DNA from: an uncultured Mycoplasmatota bacterium
Lineage (GTDB): Bacteria > Bacillota_I > Bacilli_A > RF39 > UBA660
Length of the DNA: 64,000 nt
Direction of reading: 5' to 3'
Assembly: GCA_900547995.1 (NCBI GenBank)
Contig: URIY01000002.1
Coordinates: 2,319-66,318, forward strand
Below the pieces are notes generated by a model that saw only the letters and a program-made list of their open reading frames with translations, searched no databases and was not told the DNA's origin. Below, in pieces: positions 28,617-36,446 of the stretch; the first letter of the stretch is position 1; every line of letters starts with the position of its first letter. The position numbers were made by a program, and so were the translations under genes.

Positions 28617-28640
28617 AAAAGACCATTTAGTTGGTCTTTA
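28617..28640. terminator. bidirectional terminator downstream of rnhC
   Basis: Hairpin AAGACCAtttagtTGGTCTTtaattttt at the rnhC stop. Confidence 0.6.
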
Positions 28641-29562
28641 ATTTTTCGGCATTTTTAAAGTTCATTTTAGCAAGTTCATATAATTTATTATACCCATATT
28701 TTTGAACAATCTTTTGTGCAACCTCATCGACATTTGTTCCTGCACCTTTTGGAAGAAACATATCTATACTTTGACCTAATTTGTCAAACTCTTTAATAAA
28801 AATGTATCTACTAATCATGGAAGCACAAGCAACACTAAGACATTTATCTTCAGCTTTAGTAGTAAATGTTATATTTCTGCATACTTTTGGTGTATTCTTC
28901 AAATAACTATAATAAACCATTTCTTTAGCAAACTGATCAACAACAACATAATCAGTATCTTTATATTTGGTTGTTAATTCATTAAGAACTTTATTATGTA
29001 AAATAGCCTTAATTTTATTCATATTTAAATCTTTAGAATAAGATTTATTATAATCACTATTGGATACAATTAAACTTTTATATGGGATTCTTTTAATTAT
29101 TTTAGGGACAACATCCATTATTTTTTCATCAGTAATTTTTTTAGAATCACGAACACCTAGTTCTTCAAGAAATGGGATATCATCTTTTGTTACATAACTA
29201 CTAGTAACAACAATAGGTCCAAAAAAATCTCCTGTGCCAACTTCATCAGATCCAATTGTTGTTGCATAGTATAACTTTTTATCAATAGGATTAACTGTCT
29301 TTTCTTTTGTTTCTTTTTTCTTTTTTTCTTCTAATTTTTTAGTTGGATTTAATCTTCTTTCTGTTGCTTTCCATATATTTGCATCTATATCAGCACTAAC
29401 TCCTTGAAATACCATAGATCCTGATTCATAAAGGGTAACAACAGTATCTTCTTCATCAGCTTGAAATATAGCATATGCTGGTGTTTTAGCTCTTCTTTTA
29501 TCTTTAAAATATTCAATGGCTTTTTCTTTAGTATTTTCACTTACTTTAAATGATATAGTCAT
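28627..29562 (-). CDS. rnhC: ribonuclease HIII
   Basis: 311 aa with the N-terminal TBP-like DUF3378 fold (MTISFKV...VVTLYESGSMVFQG) and an RNase HII/HIII catalytic core (GSDEVGTGDFFGPIVV, DSKK). Confidence 0.9.
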   Translation of the reverse strand: MTISFKVSENTKEKAIEYFKDKRRAKTPAYAIFQADEEDTVVTLYESGSMVFQGVSADIDANIWKATERRLNPTKKLEEKKKKETKEKTVNPIDKKLYYATTIGSDEVGTGDFFGPIVVTSSYVTKDDIPFLEELGVRDSKKITDEKIMDVVPKIIKRIPYKSLIVSNSDYNKSYSKDLNMNKIKAILHNKVLNELTTKYKDTDYVVVDQFAKEMVYYSYLKNTPKVCRNITFTTKAEDKCLSVACASMISRYIFIKEFDKLGQSIDMFLPKGAGTNVDEVAQKIVQKYGYNKLYELAKMNFKNAEKLKTN

Positions 29563-29659
29563 AATAAGCCCTCCTCATATTTATTTTACCATAAAAAAAG
29601 ATAAAATCTTTCTTTTTCTTTAATTTTGTAATATAATTTTTATAGATAGGAGTGATTAA

Positions 29660-30370
29660 ATGAATATTATTGATATTGCAATATTAATTATAATAGCCTT
29701 AGGAGCCGTAGTAGGATTTAAAAGAGGCGTATTTACAGAACTTATATCTGCTCTTAGTTTTATTGTTTCTGTTATTTTAGCCTTTTTATTAAAAAATCCT
29801 GTTTCTATCTTTTTGTATGAGCATTTACCATTCTTTAGTTTTGGAGGTATATTTAAGGGTGTTGCAGTAATTAATATATTACTTTATGAAATAATTGCCT
29901 TTTTAATAATGCTTGCTCTTTTCACAGGTATATTTGCTATTGTTAGAGTTGCAACAAAATTATTTGAAAGAATTTTGAAATTTACCATTGTTTTAAGTAT
30001 ACCATCTAAGTTACTTGGTATAATAGTAGGGGCTATTCATTACTATATAATTGTCTTTATTGCTTTATATGTTTTATCTTTACCTATTTTGGGACTTGAT
30101 ATTTTAAAGGGGTCTAAATTTAAAAACGGTATTTTAAATAATACACCAATTCTTTCTTCAGTAGTTAAAGAAAGTGTAAAAATATTTGATGAATTTGAAA
30201 CATTAAAAGATAAGTATAAAGATAATACATCTGTAGATGAATTTAACAATGAGGCTTTAGATTTAATGCTTAAATACAAAGTTGTTAGTGTCGAGTCAGC
30301 CGATAAATTGGTTGAATTAAACAAAATTAAAGTAGATAAAAATATTATAAATAAGTATAGGGAGGTATAA
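29660..30370 (+). CDS. cvpA: CvpA-family membrane protein (colicin V production protein-like; YshB-like)
   Basis: MNIIDIAILIIIALGAVVGFKRGVFTELISALSFIVSVILAF is the CvpA signature N-terminus. It lies divergent to rnhC, as yshB does next to rnhC in B. subtilis. Confidence 0.8.
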   Translation: MNIIDIAILIIIALGAVVGFKRGVFTELISALSFIVSVILAFLLKNPVSIFLYEHLPFFSFGGIFKGVAVINILLYEIIAFLIMLALFTGIFAIVRVATKLFERILKFTIVLSIPSKLLGIIVGAIHYYIIVFIALYVLSLPILGLDILKGSKFKNGILNNTPILSSVVKESVKIFDEFETLKDKYKDNTSVDEFNNEALDLMLKYKVVSVESADKLVELNKIKVDKNIINKYREV

Positions 30371-30372
30371 TT

Positions 30373-30672
30373 ATGGAAATTGTACATGCAACAGATGAAA
30401 ATTTTAATGAATTAATAAATGGAAAGAAAGTTATTGTTGATTTTTTCGCAACATGGTGTGGACCTTGTAAAATGTTATCACCAGTGTTAGAAAGCTTAAG
30501 TACAGAGTACCCAGAGGTTACTTTTGTAAAAGTAGATGTAGATGATTGTCATAATGTTTCTAAAGAGTATGGTATTATGAGTGTACCAACTCTTATGAAA
30601 TTTGAAAATGGTAAGTTAATTGATACAAAAGTTGGATATCAAAATATTAATGAATTAAGAAAATGGTTGTAA
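30373..30672 (+). CDS. trxA: thioredoxin
   Basis: 99 aa with the WCGPCK active site. Confidence 0.92.
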   Translation: MEIVHATDENFNELINGKKVIVDFFATWCGPCKMLSPVLESLSTEYPEVTFVKVDVDDCHNVSKEYGIMSVPTLMKFENGKLIDTKVGYQNINELRKWL

Positions 30673-30691
30673 TAACCATTTTTTTAATTTC

Positions 30692-30725
30692 AATTGACAA
30701 TTAAAAAATTAAAATGTATTATTTT
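30692..30725 (+). promoter_or_regulatory. sigma-A-type promoter for the first sigma4-like gene, overlapping the trxA terminator
   Basis: TTGACA, 17 nt, TATTAT. A hairpin atggttgtaataaccattttttt at the trxA stop precedes it. Confidence 0.5.
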
Positions 30726-30746
30726 GTTATAGAAATGGGGCATTTT

Positions 30747-31904
30747 ATGAAAATATACTCACAAGAAGAGATTAGAAAACAAATTATATGTCTTTTAACA
30801 GGAATACCTTTTGGGAAAAATCAAAAATATATAGAAAATAAGCAAAATATAAATATTTTACTTGATGATTTTTTTAACATAAATAAAGAAACTATTAGTG
30901 TTTTGAGTCAAAAAGAAACTTATATTTTAAGAAAAAAATATGGTGTTTTAGATGATGGTAAAGTACAAACATTAGATAAAATAGGAAAAGAATTTAAGAT
31001 TACAAATGAAAGAATAAGACAAATACTTATGAATATTACTAAAAAATTAAGAAAAGAAATTGATAAACCAAATGATATATTAAATGATTATAAAGAAAGT
31101 AACTCTATTAGTAATTTGTTAGATTTAAAATTAATTTATATTTTTGATTATGATATTGTAAAAAAACTATATCAAGAGTTTAATGATGAAATGACTTTAA
31201 GGGAACTAGTTCATAAATCAAGCCTTCAAGTAAAAAATGTTAAAGAATTAGAACAAAACGAATTTGAACAGATAGAAATTAAATTAAGCAAGTTAAATTT
31301 ATCATTTAATGATTGTATTTCTATATGTAAAAATAGAATAAGTATGACCGATATAGCAAAAGATTTAACATATAAATTGGAAGCAGACGAATCATATTAT
31401 GTATATATTAATGATATTGTAAGAGAAATGTGTAACTTAAATTTAAGACAAATTTTTGGTTTTAATGAAGAGACAACAGGTATTCTTAGAAAAATATATG
31501 GTGTATTAGATCATGGTATTAAACCATCAATAGAAGATATTCATAAGTATATGAATACAAATAATAATACTTGGTGCAGCAATAAAATCATTAAGGCATT
31601 TGATGACTTAAATAATATTTTTAAGTGTTTTCTTTTAGGAGAAGCAATTAAAATGAGCAATGAAAAGATGCTACAAATGGATATTAAGTATTTTAACTTA
31701 GATAATGCAAGTTATATTAATTTAAAAAAAGGCGGTATTAATACTTTAGAAAAATTAATAGAATTAGTCTATAATGACAATTTAGATATTAAATATCCCT
31801 ATGATAGAGCGTTGATAGAAAGAATTGTTAAAAGAATAGTATATATTTATAAAATAAATGATAATAGTGAAAAGGAAAGAACATTAAAGAAATCATTTAA
31901 ATAA
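30747..31904 (+). CDS. uncharacterised protein with two sigma-70-region-4-like HTH modules alternating with helix-hairpin-helix (RpoA-CTD-like) modules
   Basis: ETYILRKKYGVLDDGKVQTLDKIGKEFKITNERIRQILMNITKKLRKEI resembles sigma70 region 4.2 (compare ..RERIRQIEAKALRKLR). A second, degenerate copy is TTGILRKIYGVLDHGIKPSIEDIH. HhH-like segments are ..IEIKLSKLNLSFNDCI.. and ..FNLDNASYINLKKGGINTLEKLIEL... There is no sigma region 2. The start is most likely the ATG at 30747 (the six-frame ORF begins at 30714). Confidence 0.6.
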   Translation: MKIYSQEEIRKQIICLLTGIPFGKNQKYIENKQNINILLDDFFNINKETISVLSQKETYILRKKYGVLDDGKVQTLDKIGKEFKITNERIRQILMNITKKLRKEIDKPNDILNDYKESNSISNLLDLKLIYIFDYDIVKKLYQEFNDEMTLRELVHKSSLQVKNVKELEQNEFEQIEIKLSKLNLSFNDCISICKNRISMTDIAKDLTYKLEADESYYVYINDIVREMCNLNLRQIFGFNEETTGILRKIYGVLDHGIKPSIEDIHKYMNTNNNTWCSNKIIKAFDDLNNIFKCFLLGEAIKMSNEKMLQMDIKYFNLDNASYINLKKGGINTLEKLIELVYNDNLDIKYPYDRALIERIVKRIVYIYKINDNSEKERTLKKSFK

Positions 31905-31988
31905 TACTTCTTTATAATGTAATCATTTTTTTCTTGACATTTGGTCAAATATGATGTAGTATAATTGCTACGAAAGAAGGGGTTTATT

Positions 31989-33389
31989 ATGAATAATAAT
32001 ATGAATGAAGAAATCAAAAAAAAATTAATAATTGATATCTGTTATTCTAATCATAATTCTAGTTGTTATATATCAAGTGAGCCAAGTGAATATAGTCATT
32101 ACAAATCATTTTTTGATAAAATACTTGATGATCTTTTTAATTTGGATAATAAAACTGTAGGTAATTTGACAGAAAATGAAACATTTTTCTTAAGAAAAAA
32201 ATATGGATTATTAGATGATGGAAAAACTTTGTCAGCAAAAGAAATCGCAAGTGAATTAAATGTAAGCTATTCGTATGTATCGCAGGCATTATTAAAAGGA
32301 TATCGTAAACTTAAGACAAGTATTTGGAAAGAGAGACAGTTAAGCACATTCAAAGATTATTTAGAAAAGAATCAAATAAGTGCATTGCTAGATGCTGATA
32401 TATCTGAATTGATTAGTGATAATATATATAAAAAATTAAGCGAAAAAACGGGGCATTGGTATTTTTGCAGTTTCAGGGATTTAGTGAATATTTCTAGTTA
32501 TGAATTGTTATCAATACCAAACTTTGGACTTGCTGGTGTTGAAAAACTTCGTGATTTATTAAGACAATATAATTTATCGTTTGCTAATGATATTGCAATT
32601 CCAGAAAATCATCGAATTACTAAGTATGATATCAGAAAAATTTTAATATATAAGTTTGAAGTAGATGAAAAATTTTATAATTGTATTAATCCACTGGTTG
32701 ATGAATTGTATGATTTAAGAGAAGAAAAAGTTTTACCATTAGGTACAATTGGAACTTTTTTAATAAGGAAAATATGTGGTATATTAGATAACGGAATTAG
32801 ACCTTCGTTAACTCAAGTTAAAGAAGATTTAGAGCATAGATATAAGGTAGAATATACGCATAAAAACTTTAATGAACTTATTGCATCATCTTTTTCATGG
32901 TTACACAAAAAATTTGAAGAATATGCTTATAATGAGATAATGAGGCTAAGCAAAGATGAAATATTACCAATAAAATTAAGATATTTTAAATTTAATAGAA
33001 TATTTAATGAATCATTACTTAAGAGACTACAAGCATTTCACGTTTATACATTTGGTGATCTTCTTGATTTTAAAAAAGATTCAAACATATATTATGAAGA
33101 AACTTTACAATATTATAGTAGTGACGAATTAGAACAATTTATTGTTTTTATGGTTGAAGAAAGAGGATTAACTAAGGAACAATTAGAAGAGAAAAGAAGA
33201 AAAGAAAGAGAAGAAAGATTAGAAAAAGAAGCTCTTATTGAAAAAAGAAAAAATGAATTATCAAAAGCACATGATGTATTAATTGAACAAAAAGAAAAAA
33301 TTAGAATAGAAATGCTTAGAAAAATGGATTACTATGATAATCAATTAAATAGTGTAAATGAAAAAATAAAAAAATTAGAAAATAAGTAA
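31989..33389 (+). CDS. paralogue of the upstream gene: sigma4-like HTH x2 plus HhH x2 plus a C-terminal coiled coil
   Basis: ETFFLRKKYGLLDDGKTLSAKEIASELNVSYSYVSQALLKGYRKLK is sigma region-4-like. Also present are LLSIPNFGLAGVEKLRDLLRQYNLSF (HhH, alpha-CTD-like), GTFLIRKICGILDNGIRPSLTQV (second sigma4-like), LQAFHVYTFGDLLDF, and a K/E-rich coiled coil at the C-terminus. It has its own TTGACA..TATAAT promoter and a GAAGGGG ribosome-binding site. The ATG is at 31989. Confidence 0.6.
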   Translation: MNNNMNEEIKKKLIIDICYSNHNSSCYISSEPSEYSHYKSFFDKILDDLFNLDNKTVGNLTENETFFLRKKYGLLDDGKTLSAKEIASELNVSYSYVSQALLKGYRKLKTSIWKERQLSTFKDYLEKNQISALLDADISELISDNIYKKLSEKTGHWYFCSFRDLVNISSYELLSIPNFGLAGVEKLRDLLRQYNLSFANDIAIPENHRITKYDIRKILIYKFEVDEKFYNCINPLVDELYDLREEKVLPLGTIGTFLIRKICGILDNGIRPSLTQVKEDLEHRYKVEYTHKNFNELIASSFSWLHKKFEEYAYNEIMRLSKDEILPIKLRYFKFNRIFNESLLKRLQAFHVYTFGDLLDFKKDSNIYYEETLQYYSSDELEQFIVFMVEERGLTKEQLEEKRRKEREERLEKEALIEKRKNELSKAHDVLIEQKEKIRIEMLRKMDYYDNQLNSVNEKIKKLENK

Positions 33390-33390
33390 A

Positions 33391-33417
33391 AACAACTCGA
33401 TAGTTGTTTTTTTGTAA
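33391..33417 (+). terminator. rho-independent terminator after the second sigma4-like gene
   Basis: aaaCAACTcgatAGTTGtttttttgt. Confidence 0.6.
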
Positions 33418-33457
33418 TATTATACTTTTTTTGATAATACTAAATATGGTGATATTT

Positions 33458-34870
33458 ATGGGAAAAAATGTACTATGGAATAGAGATTATAATATAAAAA
33501 ATTATGAAAATAATAACATGTCTAAAGATACAGATATTTTAATAATAGGTGGTGGAATAACTGGTCTTACAACATCTTATTTTTTAAAAGAAAGCAATTA
33601 TAAAATTGCTTTAATAGATAAGGATAAAATAGGATGTGGTATAACCTTTAAAACAATTGGTAAAATATCTTATCTACAAGGTGATATTTATAGTAAATTA
33701 AATAAACTTTTTAATGCAAAAATATCTAAATTATATTTTCATTCACAAATAGATGGTAGTAAAATAATCAAAGATATTATATCTACTAATAATATTGATT
33801 GTGATTTAGAAAAGGTTTTATCTATAATTTTTACTTTGGAAGATAAAAATATAAAAAAAATTAATGAAGAAAAAGGTATACTTAAAGATTTTGGTGTAAA
33901 AGTAAATGATGTTAAGGATAATAGGATAAAGGACGGTATAAGTGTAGATGATACGTATATATTTAATCCTATTAAGTACATAAATTCTTTAGTTAAAATA
34001 TTAGAAAAGAAAATAAATATTTACGAAAATGTACTTGCTAATGATATAAAAAAGGTACAAGACTATTATTTAGTTTCAACTAGTAGTGGTGTTATAAAAA
34101 CAAAAATAATAGTCGTTGCTTGTCATTATCCCTTTTTTATTATTCCAAGTTTTATACCTCTTAAAACATATGTAAAAAGAGAGTACGTTAATGCTTGCCA
34201 ATTAGAAAATAAACATTTTACGGCTATTAGTATTGATAACTCACTACATTCTATAAGGTTTTATAAAGATTATATAATATATGGTTCTAATAAACATAAA
34301 CTTACAAGTAAAATGGATTATAAAGAAAATTATGATGAAAGTAGAAAAGAATTTATCAAATATTTTCATAAAGAACCAGAATATACTTGGATGAATCAAG
34401 ATATTGTTAGTAATGATATGCTTCCCTTTATAGGAGAGATTGATTCTAATCTTTTTGTAGCAACCGCTTTTAATGGTTGGGGTATGACTTGTGGAACTAT
34501 ATCTGGACAAATTATATCGGATTTAATATTACATAAGAAAAACAAATATAAAGAACTTTTTAATCCTAAAAGAAATAACTTTAATTTAATTTTTTCATCT
34601 ACAATAGGTAGTTTTAGTTATTTAAAAGCATATGTAGTAAGTTTATTTAAGAAAAATAATCCAAAATATATAAAAATACAGGGTATTAATTATGGAGTAT
34701 ATAAAGATGATAATGGTCAAAACCATTATATTAAACTAATTTGTCCTCATATGAAATGTCATTTAGTATTTAATAGAGAAGCTAAAACATGGGATTGTCC
34801 TTGCCATGGCTCAAGATTTGATATAGATGGTAATTTAATTGAAGGACCAGCTAACAAAAATATTAATTAA
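33458..34870 (+). CDS. FAD-dependent oxidoreductase with a C-terminal Rieske [2Fe-2S] domain (YhfW-like)
   Basis: The dinucleotide-binding motif DILIIGGGITGLTTSYFL is at the N-terminus. The C-terminal Rieske motif is CPHMKCH...(17)...CPCHGSRFDIDGNLIEGPA. The start was moved to the ATG at 33458, which has a GGTGA ribosome-binding site. Confidence 0.75.
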   Translation: MGKNVLWNRDYNIKNYENNNMSKDTDILIIGGGITGLTTSYFLKESNYKIALIDKDKIGCGITFKTIGKISYLQGDIYSKLNKLFNAKISKLYFHSQIDGSKIIKDIISTNNIDCDLEKVLSIIFTLEDKNIKKINEEKGILKDFGVKVNDVKDNRIKDGISVDDTYIFNPIKYINSLVKILEKKINIYENVLANDIKKVQDYYLVSTSSGVIKTKIIVVACHYPFFIIPSFIPLKTYVKREYVNACQLENKHFTAISIDNSLHSIRFYKDYIIYGSNKHKLTSKMDYKENYDESRKEFIKYFHKEPEYTWMNQDIVSNDMLPFIGEIDSNLFVATAFNGWGMTCGTISGQIISDLILHKKNKYKELFNPKRNNFNLIFSSTIGSFSYLKAYVVSLFKKNNPKYIKIQGINYGVYKDDNGQNHYIKLICPHMKCHLVFNREAKTWDCPCHGSRFDIDGNLIEGPANKNIN

Positions 34871-34921
34871 TCGTATAAATTAATGTTTTTTTAGACATTA
34901 TAATATAGGAGGATAGATAAA

Positions 34922-35137
34922 ATGAATAGTGTACCAAATATTATAAGTGGTAAAGATTTAGATTATTTAAGTGATATGTTCAGTTGGAATTATGGAGCAT
35001 ATAAATGTACTAAAAATGCTTATGAAAGTGCTACCGACATGGAAATAAAAGAAATGCTTAATAATGCATCAAATTTATTTTATAATAATATGAATAAAGT
35101 TTTAGATATTTTAAAAAACGGAGGTATAAATGAATAA
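34922..35137 (+). CDS. small hypothetical protein, coupled to the downstream CotF-like gene
   Basis: 71 aa with a GGAGGA ribosome-binding site. Its stop overlaps the next start. Confidence 0.45.
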   Translation: MNSVPNIISGKDLDYLSDMFSWNYGAYKCTKNAYESATDMEIKEMLNNASNLFYNNMNKVLDILKNGGINE

Positions 35138-35447
35138 TAATGAAATTAAGAATATAAAAGTAGATGTACCTACAGGAATATCTTTAAATGACAAAGATTA
35201 TTTAAATTCTCTTCTTAGTTCACTAAAGGAAATGTCTAAAAATTATACATTAAGTTTAACAGAGGCTAGTAATGAAGTATTATATAACGAATATAAACTA
35301 ATGTTTAATGATTATATATCTATGCAAAGAGATGTTTATGAATTAATGTTTAGAAAAGGTTGGTATGTATTAGAAAAAAGTGATTCTAATAAAATAAATA
35401 ATAAGTATCAAACATTAAAACAAGAATTAGATGATTTAAATAATTAA
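35130..35447 (+). CDS. Coat F (CotF) domain protein
   Basis: DKDYLNSLLSSLKEMSKNYTLSLTEASNEVLYNEY...MQRDVYELMFRKGWY matches the spore-coat F-like 4-helix ferritin-like pattern (LND.L..EK....Y.....E..N..L........M..RGWY). Confidence 0.6.
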   Translation: MNNNEIKNIKVDVPTGISLNDKDYLNSLLSSLKEMSKNYTLSLTEASNEVLYNEYKLMFNDYISMQRDVYELMFRKGWYVLEKSDSNKINNKYQTLKQELDDLNN

Positions 35448-35452
35448 AAATA

Positions 35453-35478
35453 TGTAAACAATAATGTTTACTTTTTTT
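35453..35478 (+). terminator. rho-independent terminator
   Basis: GTAAACAataatGTTTACttttttt. Confidence 0.65.
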
Positions 35479-35584
35479 GATATATTAGTGACTAGATATT
35501 TAAAATTTATTTTGAATTTTGTTCTTAGACTTCTATTATTGAAATAATATTATAAATTTGTTAAAATACATTTGGTGATTAGTA

Positions 35585-36445
35585 ATGACAAAGATTTTAT
35601 TTTTTCCATCTTCATTAAAACAAATAAAAGATGTTAATGCGTTGGTTGATGGTTTTATTTTAAGTGTAACGAATTTAAGTATCAATAGTTTATTTACACT
35701 TAATATAGATGATATAGAAGAATTAACAAAAAAATATTCTGATAAGGAGATATTTGTATCTCTTAATAAAAATATGTTTAATAATGATTTAAAACAATTA
35801 GAAGATGTACTTATTAAATTATCAAATTTTAATATTGCAGGTGTTTTATATTATGATATAAGTGTTTTATCTATTGTTAAAAGACTTAAATTAAATATTC
35901 ATTTAGTATGGTCACAAGAACATTTAACAACTAATTATTTAACATGTAATTTTTATGAAGATAGAGGATGTAAGTATACATACTTATCAGGAGAAATAAC
36001 TTTAAAAGAAATCTTAGAGATTAGAGAAAAGACTGATATGAAATTAATAGTACCAATATTTGGATATCTTCCTATGTTTGCATCTATTCGTCATATTGTA
36101 AATAATTATTTAGATTATTTTGATTTAAAAAATAATAGTGAAATTAAATATATGATTAAAGAGAATAATAAATACCCAATTATAGATAATAATCTTGGTA
36201 CTGTTGCATATAGTAGTCATATATTAAATGGATTAGATGAATATTTAGAATTAAAAAAAAGAAAAATAGATTATGTTACAATTAATAGTTTTAATATAGA
36301 TGATGAAAAAATAAAAAAAGTTTTAAGTTTATATAAAGATGTAGACGCTAATAATAAAGATGAATATAATGAGAAATTAAAAAAGATGTTTTGTAATTTA
36401 GACAAAGGATTTTTATATAAAGAAACAATTTATAAGGTGAAATAG
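35585..36445 (+). CDS. peptidase U32-family protein, short paralogue (YrrN/TrhP1-like)
   Basis: 286 aa with a TIM-barrel-like U32 N-region. It lies immediately upstream of, and 1 nt from, a canonical U32 gene, as the yrrN-yrrO pair does in Bacillus. Confidence 0.55.
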   Translation: MTKILFFPSSLKQIKDVNALVDGFILSVTNLSINSLFTLNIDDIEELTKKYSDKEIFVSLNKNMFNNDLKQLEDVLIKLSNFNIAGVLYYDISVLSIVKRLKLNIHLVWSQEHLTTNYLTCNFYEDRGCKYTYLSGEITLKEILEIREKTDMKLIVPIFGYLPMFASIRHIVNNYLDYFDLKNNSEIKYMIKENNKYPIIDNNLGTVAYSSHILNGLDEYLELKKRKIDYVTINSFNIDDEKIKKVLSLYKDVDANNKDEYNEKLKKMFCNLDKGFLYKETIYKVK

Positions 36446-36446
36446 T

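Noticed and set aside
28379-28630. 83-aa ORF starting inside the IS right-end hairpin region
   Set aside because: The ATG lies within the structured RE/omegaRNA-like segment and has no ribosome-binding site. The sequence is low-complexity, N/I/D-rich. It is more likely a chance ORF across the IS-flank junction. It could be real only if it is the 3' remnant of a gene disrupted by the insertion.
31937-31951. Quasi-palindrome TTGACAtttgGTCAA overlapping the -35 of the second sigma4-like gene
   Set aside because: It is short and imperfect, and a -35 hexamer naturally generates half of it. It is noted only as a possible operator and is not reported as a feature.
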